Shown: positions 7,401-14,129 of the stretch, piece by piece
Layout of the letters: every line of letters starts with the position of its first letter
How positions within the stretch are numbered: the first letter of the stretch is position 1
From: Promethearchaeota archaeon
GTDB taxonomy: Archaea; Asgardarchaeota; Odinarchaeia; Odinarchaeales; JBHLKK01
Length of the DNA: 14,129 nt
Direction of reading: 5' to 3'
Assembly (NCBI GenBank): GCA_048939465.1
Contig: JBHLPL010000047.1
Coordinates: 1 to 14,129, forward strand
The notes under the pieces: model-generated
What the model saw: only the letters and a program-made list of their open reading frames with translations
What the model was told of the DNA's origin: nothing
Database searches by the model: none
Position numbers and translations under genes: made by a program

Positions 7401-9543
7401 TGTTTATGTCTGTCTTTCCAAACGGTCTTGTCATCCCTCCACAAGCAGGACATTTCTCATCATCTGAGGGGGTGGCACAGTTCACACATACTCTCTTTGC
7501 TATTGTGTCAATGTTACAGATAGGGCATTTGACAGTAAATCCTGTTTTCCCGCACCTTGGACATTTTCGATATGCTAAATCCACTTCTATGGTAGGCCGT
7601 TTCTTTGTCGCGTTCAATATGTCTCTTGACTTACCACCCGCAAAACCTATAGGAAATAAAGAATGTATTGGGGGGGACATTTTCCTTTCCTTGGCTTTCT
7701 CAGGTCGGCCCATTCGCGCTCCGACATATATTGGGGCCTTTGCTCGTATTTTTACTCGAGAGATGGCATTCAATACTTCTAAGGTACTCTTATCTGAAGA
7801 CATTTCAGCAAAAAAAGCATCCTTCTCGGCATCTTCTGGCGCTAAGCTTTCAACAAGAGACGGAGCATGCGAAGAAATAACTATGAGACCGTTTTCAACT
7901 TGGTGCGGGATGCAGATCTTCTCCAAAATCTCTTTTACTTCAGCACTCAGTTTCATGCGAACGCTAACAGGCATCCCATCTTCTCTCTGAATTTCACTTT
8001 CACGCAGATATTTTCGTAGTCTTTCAAGTTCTTTGATAGTTATGTCATGCCAATGATAGGTGAAATCCGGGTGTAAGGGGATATCTAACTTGTGAGAAAT
8101 CTTTATGCTTTCGACGGCTGTAGGCTTGTTGTGTAAAGGAGACTGGAGAATGTCTCTTAACCGGGATACATCGATTACCTCACTCAATTGGGAAATATCT
8201 TCATTAAACTCATTCTTGATCTGATAAGCAACCTCTTCTACCCATATTTCTTCACAATATCCAGAAGGAATTAATGGGTGATTGTTCTCCAGGAATTCAC
8301 CAAAAGCCACCAGTAAATCGCCTAAGAATAGAATTTTGCTGATTTCCTTCTTGAAGGACCTTGCTTCACCTATGGAATTGATTTTGACAACATCACCGTT
8401 CCTTAAACGTACTATTGGGCCCTCTATGCTATCCACGGGAAGCACTATGGCGCCTTTTCCAGGATGCTCCGTTCTAATATGAGTGCCCGGAGCAAGAAAA
8501 CCTTCCAGAGTAATCATTGTCGCCGGATTGATTCCAACTGCAGCCAGTCCTGTATTTCTAGACCGTCCATATCTTATGCGAAACCCACCAACTTCTGCGG
8601 GGTGCGAAAAAACCGGGCGCCCAGCTATTACGTCGGCCATGTATTTCCTATCCGGCAAGACTCGCGGGAGATCCTCTTGCGAAACGGCATCTTCCTCTTT
8701 TTTCCACCTCTCTAGATCAGCAAGCCAGTCCCACCCACCGATGCCAATTGTCTCCACAATCCTTAGAAGCTTCGGCGCTTTTGCAATCATACCATCATTC
8801 AATACAAGTACCGCTCCGCCGCGTATTTGATTCGTTTCGACTCTCTTAAGATCTCTATGAGAAGAGACCTCTACACGCTCGGTCGCCTCCCCCGTTATTT
8901 CCACCGGGATGTTCTTAAGAGCAATCTCTCTTTCTTGACGCGTTGCAGGATACTGAAGGTTCATGATCTTGTCATAAGTCTCGACCTCTTCAATGAATCG
9001 ATCAATCTCCTCTTCAGTCGGCTTATATCTGTCCAATCTAAGCTTCTTACGTACAAAGTCACCCACCAGTACAGTTTGAGCGGTTTCTGTTCCCCCAGCA
9101 GCCCGTATGGGTCCTGAAAAATAAACTGCAAGATACCTTGATCCGTCGAAGTTTGTTTTGATCTTGACATAAGCGATACCCTCTATTGGCCCGGCAGTTA
9201 TCCCTTCAGTTAGGATTGCCAGAGCGGCCCTAATAGCCATATCAGCAGCCTTCTCATCGTTCATTCTTCCGAATTTCCCATGTACTATCTCTTCGGCGAT
9301 TTTGAAGGCAATCTCTTCTCGAGGGATAGACTCAGTCAATTCTCTTATTCTTTCGGCAACTCCTTTTGGGCCTATTAGCCCTTCCACACGAGCTGCCACA
9401 TCTTCTGCAGGATGTATTTCGGGCTCTGTTTCAGGGTCGATGCCAAGTTTGCGTGCTTTCTTGGCAATTTCATAGAGACTATAAATCTCTTCTTTAATCG
9501 AGTCGAAGTATTGCTGGATGGAGTCACTTGCGTTTGGCAACAT
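4468..9543 (-). CDS. polC: DNA polymerase D large subunit DP2 (intein-containing precursor 1691 aa; mature ~1158 aa)
   Basis: DP2 motifs GPIRAAGG, FRIRYGRSRNTGLA, GARMGRPEKAKER, EPLEKGILRAK, HAAKRRN/CDGDED (catalytic), central and C-terminal Zn fingers; AGGAG Shine-Dalgarno 6 nt upstream of ATG 9543. Confidence 0.98.
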   Translation of the reverse strand: MLPNASDSIQQYFDSIKEEIYSLYEIAKKARKLGIDPETEPEIHPAEDVAARVEGLIGPKGVAERIRELTESIPREEIAFKIAEEIVHGKFGRMNDEKAADMAIRAALAILTEGITAGPIEGIAYVKIKTNFDGSRYLAVYFSGPIRAAGGTETAQTVLVGDFVRKKLRLDRYKPTEEEIDRFIEEVETYDKIMNLQYPATRQEREIALKNIPVEITGEATERVEVSSHRDLKRVETNQIRGGAVLVLNDGMIAKAPKLLRIVETIGIGGWDWLADLERWKKEEDAVSQEDLPRVLPDRKYMADVIAGRPVFSHPAEVGGFRIRYGRSRNTGLAAVGINPATMITLEGFLAPGTHIRTEHPGKGAIVLPVDSIEGPIVRLRNGDVVKINSIGEARSFKKEISKILFLGDLLVAFGEFLENNHPLIPSGYCEEIWVEEVAYQIKNEFNEDISQLSEVIDVSRLRDILQSPLHNKPTAVESIKISHKLDIPLHPDFTYHWHDITIKELERLRKYLRESEIQREDGMPVSVRMKLSAEVKEILEKICIPHQVENGLIVISSHAPSLVESLAPEDAEKDAFFAEMSSDKSTLEVLNAISRVKIRAKAPIYVGARMGRPEKAKERKMSPPIHSLFPIGFAGGKSRDILNATKKRPTIEVDLAYRKCPRCGKTGFTVKCPICNIDTIAKRVCVNCATPSDDEKCPACGGMTRPFGKTDINIAKLFDNALKRMKIPKSEIALKGIAVKGVRGLTSEFKVPEPLEKGILRAKHDIFVYKDGTVRFDATDAPLTHFVPGEVNTPVEKLKELGYLEDHKGESLEKPDQILELKPQDIVVPEKCARYLVKVAKYVDDLLTRVYGMDAHYGVKNEEDLIGHLVIGLAPHTSAGIIGRIVGFTRTNVCYAHPYWHAAKRRNCVAGGEALPVYNAETGEVVSKPIGYFVENALQNGAKRTVVDDFGTVAVENLNQEYRAISLSPETGEPILQPIRHWIRGTHNRWISITTATGRKLKMTPEHMALVYNPQTEKFEGRKAAFLEPGNLIPTLTSLPIPEIRPPDHVNVLKELSTKLPDTLKFRKFKHQVRLRGAGDWIRKKLRKYILELQKDEKLTKRQISLIIGKHFSPKLPEKPYRKPFNSSWYESIPLSHLEVLWKEEVFDWDEIPKTARLGMARDDKTVSPYIPFTTDLLRLLGYYISEGYSRDCYGCYQTNFSLPDPELRAHVRSLIKTLFGSEPYYSRDNKQLVHSSRIHSYLISYAWNAGTNAHTKRIPGFVYTLPLNLKFEFLSSLIDGDGSVIHRSRRITIYTANEKLAHDYCLFLCGLGIFTRISHQKGARYGKKVLERYRELGKKPKENSSLFHVNIQGLENELLLEHLKLTKKSKAESLRILIKKGLPKTSKLWRVGEKVIIDQIKSLKHSILEQPSYCLEVEIPKEGRIDSHNMLMNNLLTKQCDGDEDSLILVLDALLNFSRYYLPEKRGGMMDAPLVISTKINPLEIDDEAHNMDTASSYPLEFYEKTMKISNPKDAEPLIDLVSHRLNTPQQYEGFNFSHNTTSISSGPSATAYKRFKTMAEKVRAQLKIAEKIRAVDLKDVAERVITSHFIPDMVGNLVKFTKQQFRCMSCNSKFRRIPLVGHCPRCKGKIVPTVYQGGIKKYLSIAKEIIQKYDLPQYLSHRLEIIEMSINSLFEDEKSTQSTLSLYL
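5221..6819 (-). mobile_element. Intein (533 aa, DP2 residues 909-1441) with LAGLIDADG homing endonuclease
   Basis: Inserted between HAAKRRN and CDGDED. Block A CVAGGEAL, block B LKMTPEH, block C LLGYYISEG, block E FLSSLIDGDG, block F SYCLEV, block G NNLLTKQ/C. Removing it restores the contiguous RRNCDGDED. Confidence 0.97.
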
Positions 9544-9886
9544 AAGAAGCTCCTAAAACTCTTTTCCCCCTTTTCGCTTCTTCAGAGTATACTCTACAAA
9601 GTAAAACTGTGTTCCACTCTTTCGTAGGTTTCTTTGAATTCCTATAGTCCCTATTAGCTATGTACTCCCTTTTCTCAATACAATTGCTGCAAATAGAGTG
9701 TCTCGGGTCCATAGGTCCGTCACAGCTGCCACAGTGAAGGATTAACACTTCTCCCAGATTTCCTAATTTGGACCAAAGGTATTCGTTCTCATCATATTTC
9801 GGCGAGAAACTGGGCCAGATATCATAAAGATCCCTATTTTCTAGGGTTTCTTTCAATTCGGTAAAGAATTTTTCGAAGGATGTCAT
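9524..9886 (-). CDS. Hypothetical 120-aa protein with CX2C-X10-CX2C putative Zn-binding motif, overlapping the polC start by 20 nt
   Basis: ATG at 9886 preceded by GGGGAGA SD-like sequence; fills the gap between GT2 and polC in the same orientation; HCGSCDG...ICSNC motif. Confidence 0.8.
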   Translation of the reverse strand: MTSFEKFFTELKETLENRDLYDIWPSFSPKYDENEYLWSKLGNLGEVLILHCGSCDGPMDPRHSICSNCIEKREYIANRDYRNSKKPTKEWNTVLLCRVYSEEAKRGKRVLGASYVAKRK

Positions 9887-9916
9887 GATTATCTCCCCCG
9901 GATAAGAGTACGGGCT

Positions 9917-10591
9917 CTAGCCTTGAAGCTTTTTTACCATTACTCGTTGTATCCACCTGATTGTGTCCTTCAAAGGCTTGATTTTTGATTCTTCAGTTCC
10001 GTACTTGGTCTTAATATCTACTTCTCTAATCTTAAATCCCTTTTTGTGAGCATCAATCAGGATTTCGGTCTCTGCAGCGAATTTTGAGTCTGTGTAACCT
10101 AGTTTTTTCAGCGTTTTAACCCTAAAAGCTCGAAAACCAGATTGAGAATCAGTAAGTGGTATTCCAAAGAATACTCTGAGGATATTGGTCGTCAGAGTGT
10201 TACTAATAACACGGTGACCTGGCATTTTACGTCCAACAGTGACCTCCTTCAAAAAGCGAGAACCCACTACGATATCTACATTCTCCTGTTTCAATACTTT
10301 TAGGAATTTCAATATCTCATTAGGCGAATGTTGTCCATCGCCGTCAAGGGTGATGACCACGTCTGCGTTGACAGATACAGCCTTTATGAAGCCTGTCTTT
10401 AGTGCCTCACCTTTTCCCCGATTTCTGGGATGACGAATAACGGTGGCTCCTGCTTTTTGTGCGTTCTTAGCCGTTGCGTCCAAACTGCCATCATCAACAA
10501 CGATAACAGAATCAACGTATTTGATTGTCTCCTCAACTAATGGTCCTATGAATGCTTCCTCATTATACGCAGGTATTACACCACAGATCAA
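9917..10591 (-). CDS. GT2 glycosyltransferase, dolichol-phosphate mannose synthase (DPM1)-like
   Basis: VIPAYNE, VVDDGSLD, RNRGKG, TLDGDGQH, VVGSRF, DSQSGFR motifs; TTG start. Confidence 0.93.
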   Translation of the reverse strand: MICGVIPAYNEEAFIGPLVEETIKYVDSVIVVDDGSLDATAKNAQKAGATVIRHPRNRGKGEALKTGFIKAVSVNADVVITLDGDGQHSPNEILKFLKVLKQENVDIVVGSRFLKEVTVGRKMPGHRVISNTLTTNILRVFFGIPLTDSQSGFRAFRVKTLKKLGYTDSKFAAETEILIDAHKKGFKIREVDIKTKYGTEESKIKPLKDTIRWIQRVMVKKLQG

Positions 10592-10684
10592 AGACTGGCC
10601 ACCATCCTTTCGCTGGTAAAGAAGAAATCAACAATAACAAACATATAAATAACGTTCTTTAAAAAACTACATTGGAGACGTTTA

Positions 10685-10700
10685 GCAGAATTCATTCTGC
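10685..10700. promoter_or_regulatory. Inverted repeat GCAGAAT-TC-ATTCTGC in the divergent GT2/MtaB intergenic region
   Basis: Perfect 7-2-7 dyad located between TTTATATG (minus strand, 10649-10642) and TTTTAAG (plus strand, ~10712-10718) TATA-like elements. Confidence 0.35.
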
Positions 10701-10831
10701 GACATATTCTATTTTAAGAGGGTGTAAAGGAATCTCATCATAGATTTGCATATTATGGAATGAAGAGCGTAGAGATGACATAAATTTCGTTCATCATTAG
10801 GAGAAGAGGCACCAGGGAGAGCTAAACAGAG

Positions 10832-12163
10832 TTGACAAAAACACTTCACACGAACAGGCAGAATAAGAAGGTTCATATAATTACCCATGGATGCGCCTTG
10901 AACAAGGCTGACACCGAGATTATTCACAGCAAGCTACTCGGAACTGGGTATGATATTACACGGAATGCAAATGATGCAGATTTCATTATCATAAATACCT
11001 GTGGTGTCAAACAACCAACAGAGAACCGAGTACTTAAGGAGATTCGGGAGTTGTCCTCGTTAGAAAGCAAATTGATAATCGCAGGATGCCTACCAAAAAT
11101 ATCGTTACAAAGAATAAAAGAGACAGGCCCGAATTTTGCTGCGATCATTGGTCCGGATGTTGGTCCAGAAATAGATAAGATCATCGGAAGAATCGAGAAC
11201 GGGGAGCACGGAATAGTACTTCTTGACGGAAGTGATGCTGAGTTAGAAGTACATGAAAGGGACAAACAGAGTAGATTCAATGCAGGGATAGGCATAGTCC
11301 CGATTTCTAGAGGATGCGTCGGGCAGTGTACGTATTGTTGCGTACGTTTTGCAAGAGGGAAGATTCGAAGCCTTCAATCAGATAAGATTGTCAGAGAAGT
11401 AAACACATTTTTGGGAGATGACTGTAAGGAGATTTGGCTGACGGGGCAGGATACAGCAGCCTACGGCTTGGATTTGAATAAGAATGATAACCTACCAGGA
11501 CTAATTAAGAGAATATGCGAGTTACCATTTGATTTTAGGATTAGAGTCGGTATGATGAATCCTAAGAAGGCGTTATTGATTCTCGATGAATTAATCGGTG
11601 CGTATAGGAACCCCAGGGTGTACAAATTCATTCACCTGCCGATTCAGTCAGGAGCCGATGAGATCCTACGTTTGATGGGGAGAGGATATACAGTAGAGGA
11701 CTTCAAATATATCGTGGAATCTTTCAGAAAGGTTTTCCCCGAGATAACACTGTCCATTGATATGATCGTCGGCTTTCCAGGAGAAATAGAAGAGAATTTT
11801 GAATGTTCATTAAGACTCATCGAAGAAACGAAACCGGATATTGTTAACGTTTCTCGTTTTGGCATCAGACCGCGAACGAGGGCGTCAAAAATGCCCGGGC
11901 AGACACCGGGATGGGAAACAAAACGCAGAAGCAGACTTATGACCAAATTAGTTAGGAGAATCAGTCATGAGCAAAATGAAGGATGGATCGGATGGCGTGG
12001 ATTAGCTTTGGTTTCGGAACCTGGAACGAAGGGAGGAGTACTGGGGCGTAATTTTTCATATAAACCAATCCTTATCGACGCTGGCGAAAGTATCCTTAAT
12101 CAGTTTGTTCAAGTGGAGATCACTGACGCAGAAACGGGATACTTGAAAGCGGAGCTGATTTGA
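10832..12163 (+). CDS. mtaB: MiaB-like tRNA methylthiotransferase (archaeal MtaB/CDKAL1 type; UPF0004 + radical SAM + TRAM)
   Basis: THGCALNKAD, NTCGVK and AGCL UPF0004 Cys ligands; GCVGQCTYC CxxxCxxC motif; HLPIQSG and IVGFPGE motifs; C-terminal TRAM-like strands; TTG start. Confidence 0.92.
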   Translation: MTKTLHTNRQNKKVHIITHGCALNKADTEIIHSKLLGTGYDITRNANDADFIIINTCGVKQPTENRVLKEIRELSSLESKLIIAGCLPKISLQRIKETGPNFAAIIGPDVGPEIDKIIGRIENGEHGIVLLDGSDAELEVHERDKQSRFNAGIGIVPISRGCVGQCTYCCVRFARGKIRSLQSDKIVREVNTFLGDDCKEIWLTGQDTAAYGLDLNKNDNLPGLIKRICELPFDFRIRVGMMNPKKALLILDELIGAYRNPRVYKFIHLPIQSGADEILRLMGRGYTVEDFKYIVESFRKVFPEITLSIDMIVGFPGEIEENFECSLRLIEETKPDIVNVSRFGIRPRTRASKMPGQTPGWETKRRSRLMTKLVRRISHEQNEGWIGWRGLALVSEPGTKGGVLGRNFSYKPILIDAGESILNQFVQVEITDAETGYLKAELI

Positions 12164-12283
12164 GAGGCGAAGCGGATTCTGAGGACATGTTGAATATCTT
12201 TGAAGTTCGTTATCGCCTTTTCATTTAGATTTATTCTGGAGAATGAATCAAACTACTCCAGTATTAGAAAAGTATTAAGGAGC

Positions 12284-12291
12284 TATTTAAG
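12284..12291 (+). promoter_or_regulatory. TATA-like box (TATTTAAG) for cdrS-ftsZ
   Basis: AT-rich box ~47 nt upstream of ATG 12338, preceded by AGTATTA direct repeats. Confidence 0.45.
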
Positions 12292-12337
12292 GGTCGGGAA
12301 GATTACTTACAGTTAGAAGTAGTATGTGGTAGGTCGT

Positions 12338-12508
12338 ATGAGGCTAGTAACAGTACATCTTCCAAAAATGTATGTAATCGGTCTAGATGAACTCATTAGG
12401 GCAGATATCTACCCCAATCGTAGTGAGGCGATACGTACCGCAGTTCGCGAATTCTTGAAGAAGGAACTCTGGGAAGCCCAGCAGCCCCTAATAGTATCGG
12501 GGGTATAG
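12338..12508 (+). CDS. cdrS: Ribbon-helix-helix (CopG/MetJ) regulator, CdrS-like
   Basis: MRLVTVHLP beta strand followed by LDELI..DIYPNRSEAIRTAVREFL, matching the CdrS PNRSEAIR signature; directly upstream of ftsZ2. ATG 12338 preferred over GTG 12326. Confidence 0.88.
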   Translation: MRLVTVHLPKMYVIGLDELIRADIYPNRSEAIRTAVREFLKKELWEAQQPLIVSGV

Positions 12509-12519
12509 GAGGATAGAAG

Positions 12520-13737
12520 TTGAAATCGTTAATCCAAGATGCGCTTAAATACGCAAGGTATGGGCAGGGTTACGGTGTTGAGAAAGAGGTAAACGGAGCT
12601 AAAATACTTGTTATGGGTACCGGGGGCGCCGGCAACAACACAATTGATAAGTTGGTTTCCATGGGCATTAAGGGAGCAGAATGTATTGCGGTAAACACCG
12701 ACAGACAGCATCTAGATTTTGTCAGATCGGATAGGAAAATCCTGATTGGAGGAGAAGTTACCCGCGGATTGGGTGCAGGAGGCTATCCGGAGCTGGGAGC
12801 CGCTGCGGCAGAAGAAAGCCGTGAGTCCTTGAGAGAAGTTCTTTCAGGTGCAGATTTAGTATTCATCGCTGCGGGTATGGGCGGTGGTACTGGAACTGGC
12901 AGTGCTCCAGTAATTGCAGAGATCGCCAAAGAATCGGATACAATAGTAGTAGGCGTAGTTACTATGCCATTCAAGATTGAAAAGGGAAGAATTGGCAAAG
13001 CAAGACTTGGGCTAAAGAACCTGCAGGAACATGCAGATACAGTTGTGGTAATCGACAACAACAGACTGTTGGACATAGCACCACATTTGCCAATAAGAAA
13101 GGCATTCAGCATAGTTGATGAGGTGTTGGCCAATATGGTTAAAGGAATCACTGAGACTATTTCTTTGCCTAGTCTGATAAACTTGGATTATGCGGATGTC
13201 AAGTCTATAATGAGCAGTGGCGGAGTGGCTTTGGTAGGATTAGGAGAAGCAGGCGGATCACCTGGAACTCCCGAGAATAACGAGAAGCAAAGCATCTTTG
13301 GGGGAGGCAGATCAGAAGACGTCAATAGGAAAAAGCTTAACAGAGTAGATGAAGCTGTCAGAAACGCCCTTAACAGTCCCCTCTTGGATATAGACTATGA
13401 AGGAGCTACAGGCGCCCTGATTCATATAGTCGGTGGAGAAGACTTAACCTTGGAAGAAGCAAATAGAGTTGGCGACATGATCACAAGTAAGATGGATCCA
13501 GATGCCCAGGTAATCTGGGGCGCAAGAATTTCTCGAAAAATGAGCGGATTACTCCGGGTTATGCTGATTTTAACAGGGGTTAGGAGTCCCCAGCTGCTTG
13601 GGCGATGTGACGATGAGTCTGATATAGGGCAATCCACTTGGGATCGAAATGCATTAGTACCACGGGGATTGACTTCAAGGTTTAACATAGCAGACCGCGA
13701 TATTGGGAATCTAGGACTCGATAGAATGGACACATAA
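12520..13737 (+). CDS. ftsZ: Cell-division protein FtsZ, FtsZ2-type, with an unusual S7-H9 loop insertion
   Basis: GGAGNN, GLGAGG, GMGGGTGTG signature, T7 loop LINLDYAD, SPLLD, VIWGARI, TGVRSPQLLG, C-terminal LGLD motif; TTG start with AGGAGG SD (12507-12512) overlapping the cdrS stop. Confidence 0.97.
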   Translation: MKSLIQDALKYARYGQGYGVEKEVNGAKILVMGTGGAGNNTIDKLVSMGIKGAECIAVNTDRQHLDFVRSDRKILIGGEVTRGLGAGGYPELGAAAAEESRESLREVLSGADLVFIAAGMGGGTGTGSAPVIAEIAKESDTIVVGVVTMPFKIEKGRIGKARLGLKNLQEHADTVVVIDNNRLLDIAPHLPIRKAFSIVDEVLANMVKGITETISLPSLINLDYADVKSIMSSGGVALVGLGEAGGSPGTPENNEKQSIFGGGRSEDVNRKKLNRVDEAVRNALNSPLLDIDYEGATGALIHIVGGEDLTLEEANRVGDMITSKMDPDAQVIWGARISRKMSGLLRVMLILTGVRSPQLLGRCDDESDIGQSTWDRNALVPRGLTSRFNIADRDIGNLGLDRMDT

Positions 13738-13778
13738 GAAGGGAAAGCGATCTGGACCGGTTGAACGCGAAGAGCAGA

Positions 13779-13994
13779 TTAGTTGCCATCCCAGCTCCTG
13801 AACAAGTTTCTTAAGATTTTTGCACTCATGTTCTCGATCTTAAAACGGTAGATTTTGATACGGCCAAATCTTTTTTCCTGTATTAGACCCAGCGTTTTGA
13901 GAAAATCAAGATGTTGTGCCGTAGCTTCATGATTTAACTTGGCCCTTCTTGATATCTCAGAGAGAAGCTCGTCAGCCAGTAGATCACATCCCAA
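13779..13994 (-). CDS. Small winged-helix (ArsR-like) DNA-binding protein; start uncertain (TTG 13994 preferred, ORF open to ATG 14090)
   Basis: LSEISRRAKLNHEATAQHLDFLKTLGLIQEKRFGRIKIYR is an HTH plus wing pattern. The upstream 32 codons contain a TATA-like TTTAAAAA (14033-14026) and do not look protein-like. Confidence 0.75.
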   Translation of the reverse strand: MGCDLLADELLSEISRRAKLNHEATAQHLDFLKTLGLIQEKRFGRIKIYRFKIENMSAKILRNLFRSWDGN

Positions 13995-14111
13995 GTACGA
14001 AATAAGATTGTGTAAAGTAAAGTTATTTTTAAATATTAAGCTTTCGGGACAAAGTATATTACGATACTTTTTGTAGATTTTACCACCCATCTTCTGAATT
14101 GCGTTGTTTGT

Positions 14112-14125
14112 AGGATAATTATCCT
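14112..14125. promoter_or_regulatory. Perfect 14-bp palindrome AGGATAATTATCCT
   Basis: Seen directly, upstream of the winged-helix gene at the window edge. Confidence 0.35.
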
Positions 14126-14129
14126 CTAA

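Noticed and set aside
5841-9627. Long antisense or alternate-frame ORFs over polC (e.g. 6520..7131, 7331..7990, 8483..8830)
   Set aside because: Shadow ORFs of a long coding gene with no domain signatures or start signals.
10239-13733. ORFs 10239..10433, 10709..10927, 10924..11295, 11644..11946, 12529..12711, 12783..13151 and 13422..13733
   Set aside because: Antisense to well-supported genes, or not protein-like.
13995-14090. 32-codon N-terminal extension of the winged-helix ORF from ATG 14090
   Set aside because: AT-rich, contains the TATA-like element and does not resemble a winged-helix N-terminus; probably non-coding.
1-14129. tRNA, rRNA, CRISPR arrays and IS/transposases
   Set aside because: No cloverleaf, regularly spaced repeat-spacer units, terminal inverted repeats or transposase motifs were seen by eye.

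Overview
Archaeal chromosomal segment: it encodes PolD DP2, an FtsZ2-type protein, a CdrS-like RHH regulator and an archaeal MiaB/MtaB-like enzyme. An Asgard/TACK-side lineage is plausible but cannot be established from this window alone. The left part (1-4427) looks accessory: a monofunctional heme catalase running off the left edge (missing from the supplied ORF track) divergent from a Fur/PerR-family regulator, an orphan beta-class DNA methyltransferase whose N-terminus may be frameshifted, an EamA/DMT transporter and an ICMT-family membrane methyltransferase. The right part is core-like: a probable minus-strand operon (GT2 glycosyltransferase, an unannotated 120-aa Cys4 protein, then polC/DP2 carrying a 533-aa Gln-terminated LAGLIDADG intein at the catalytic motif), then MiaB-like methylthiotransferase, cdrS-ftsZ2 and a convergent winged-helix gene. 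The most interesting signals are a ~26-residue insertion in FtsZ2 at the S7-H9 loop (topologically the tubulin M-loop position), the small Zn-finger-like ORF overlapping the DP2 start, a Fur/PerR protein lacking the structural Cys motifs with a perfect 9-5-9 inverted repeat in its shared promoter, and a perfect 20-bp palindrome containing GAAC-N4-GTTC upstream of the methyltransferase. No tRNA, rRNA, CRISPR array or IS element was recognised.
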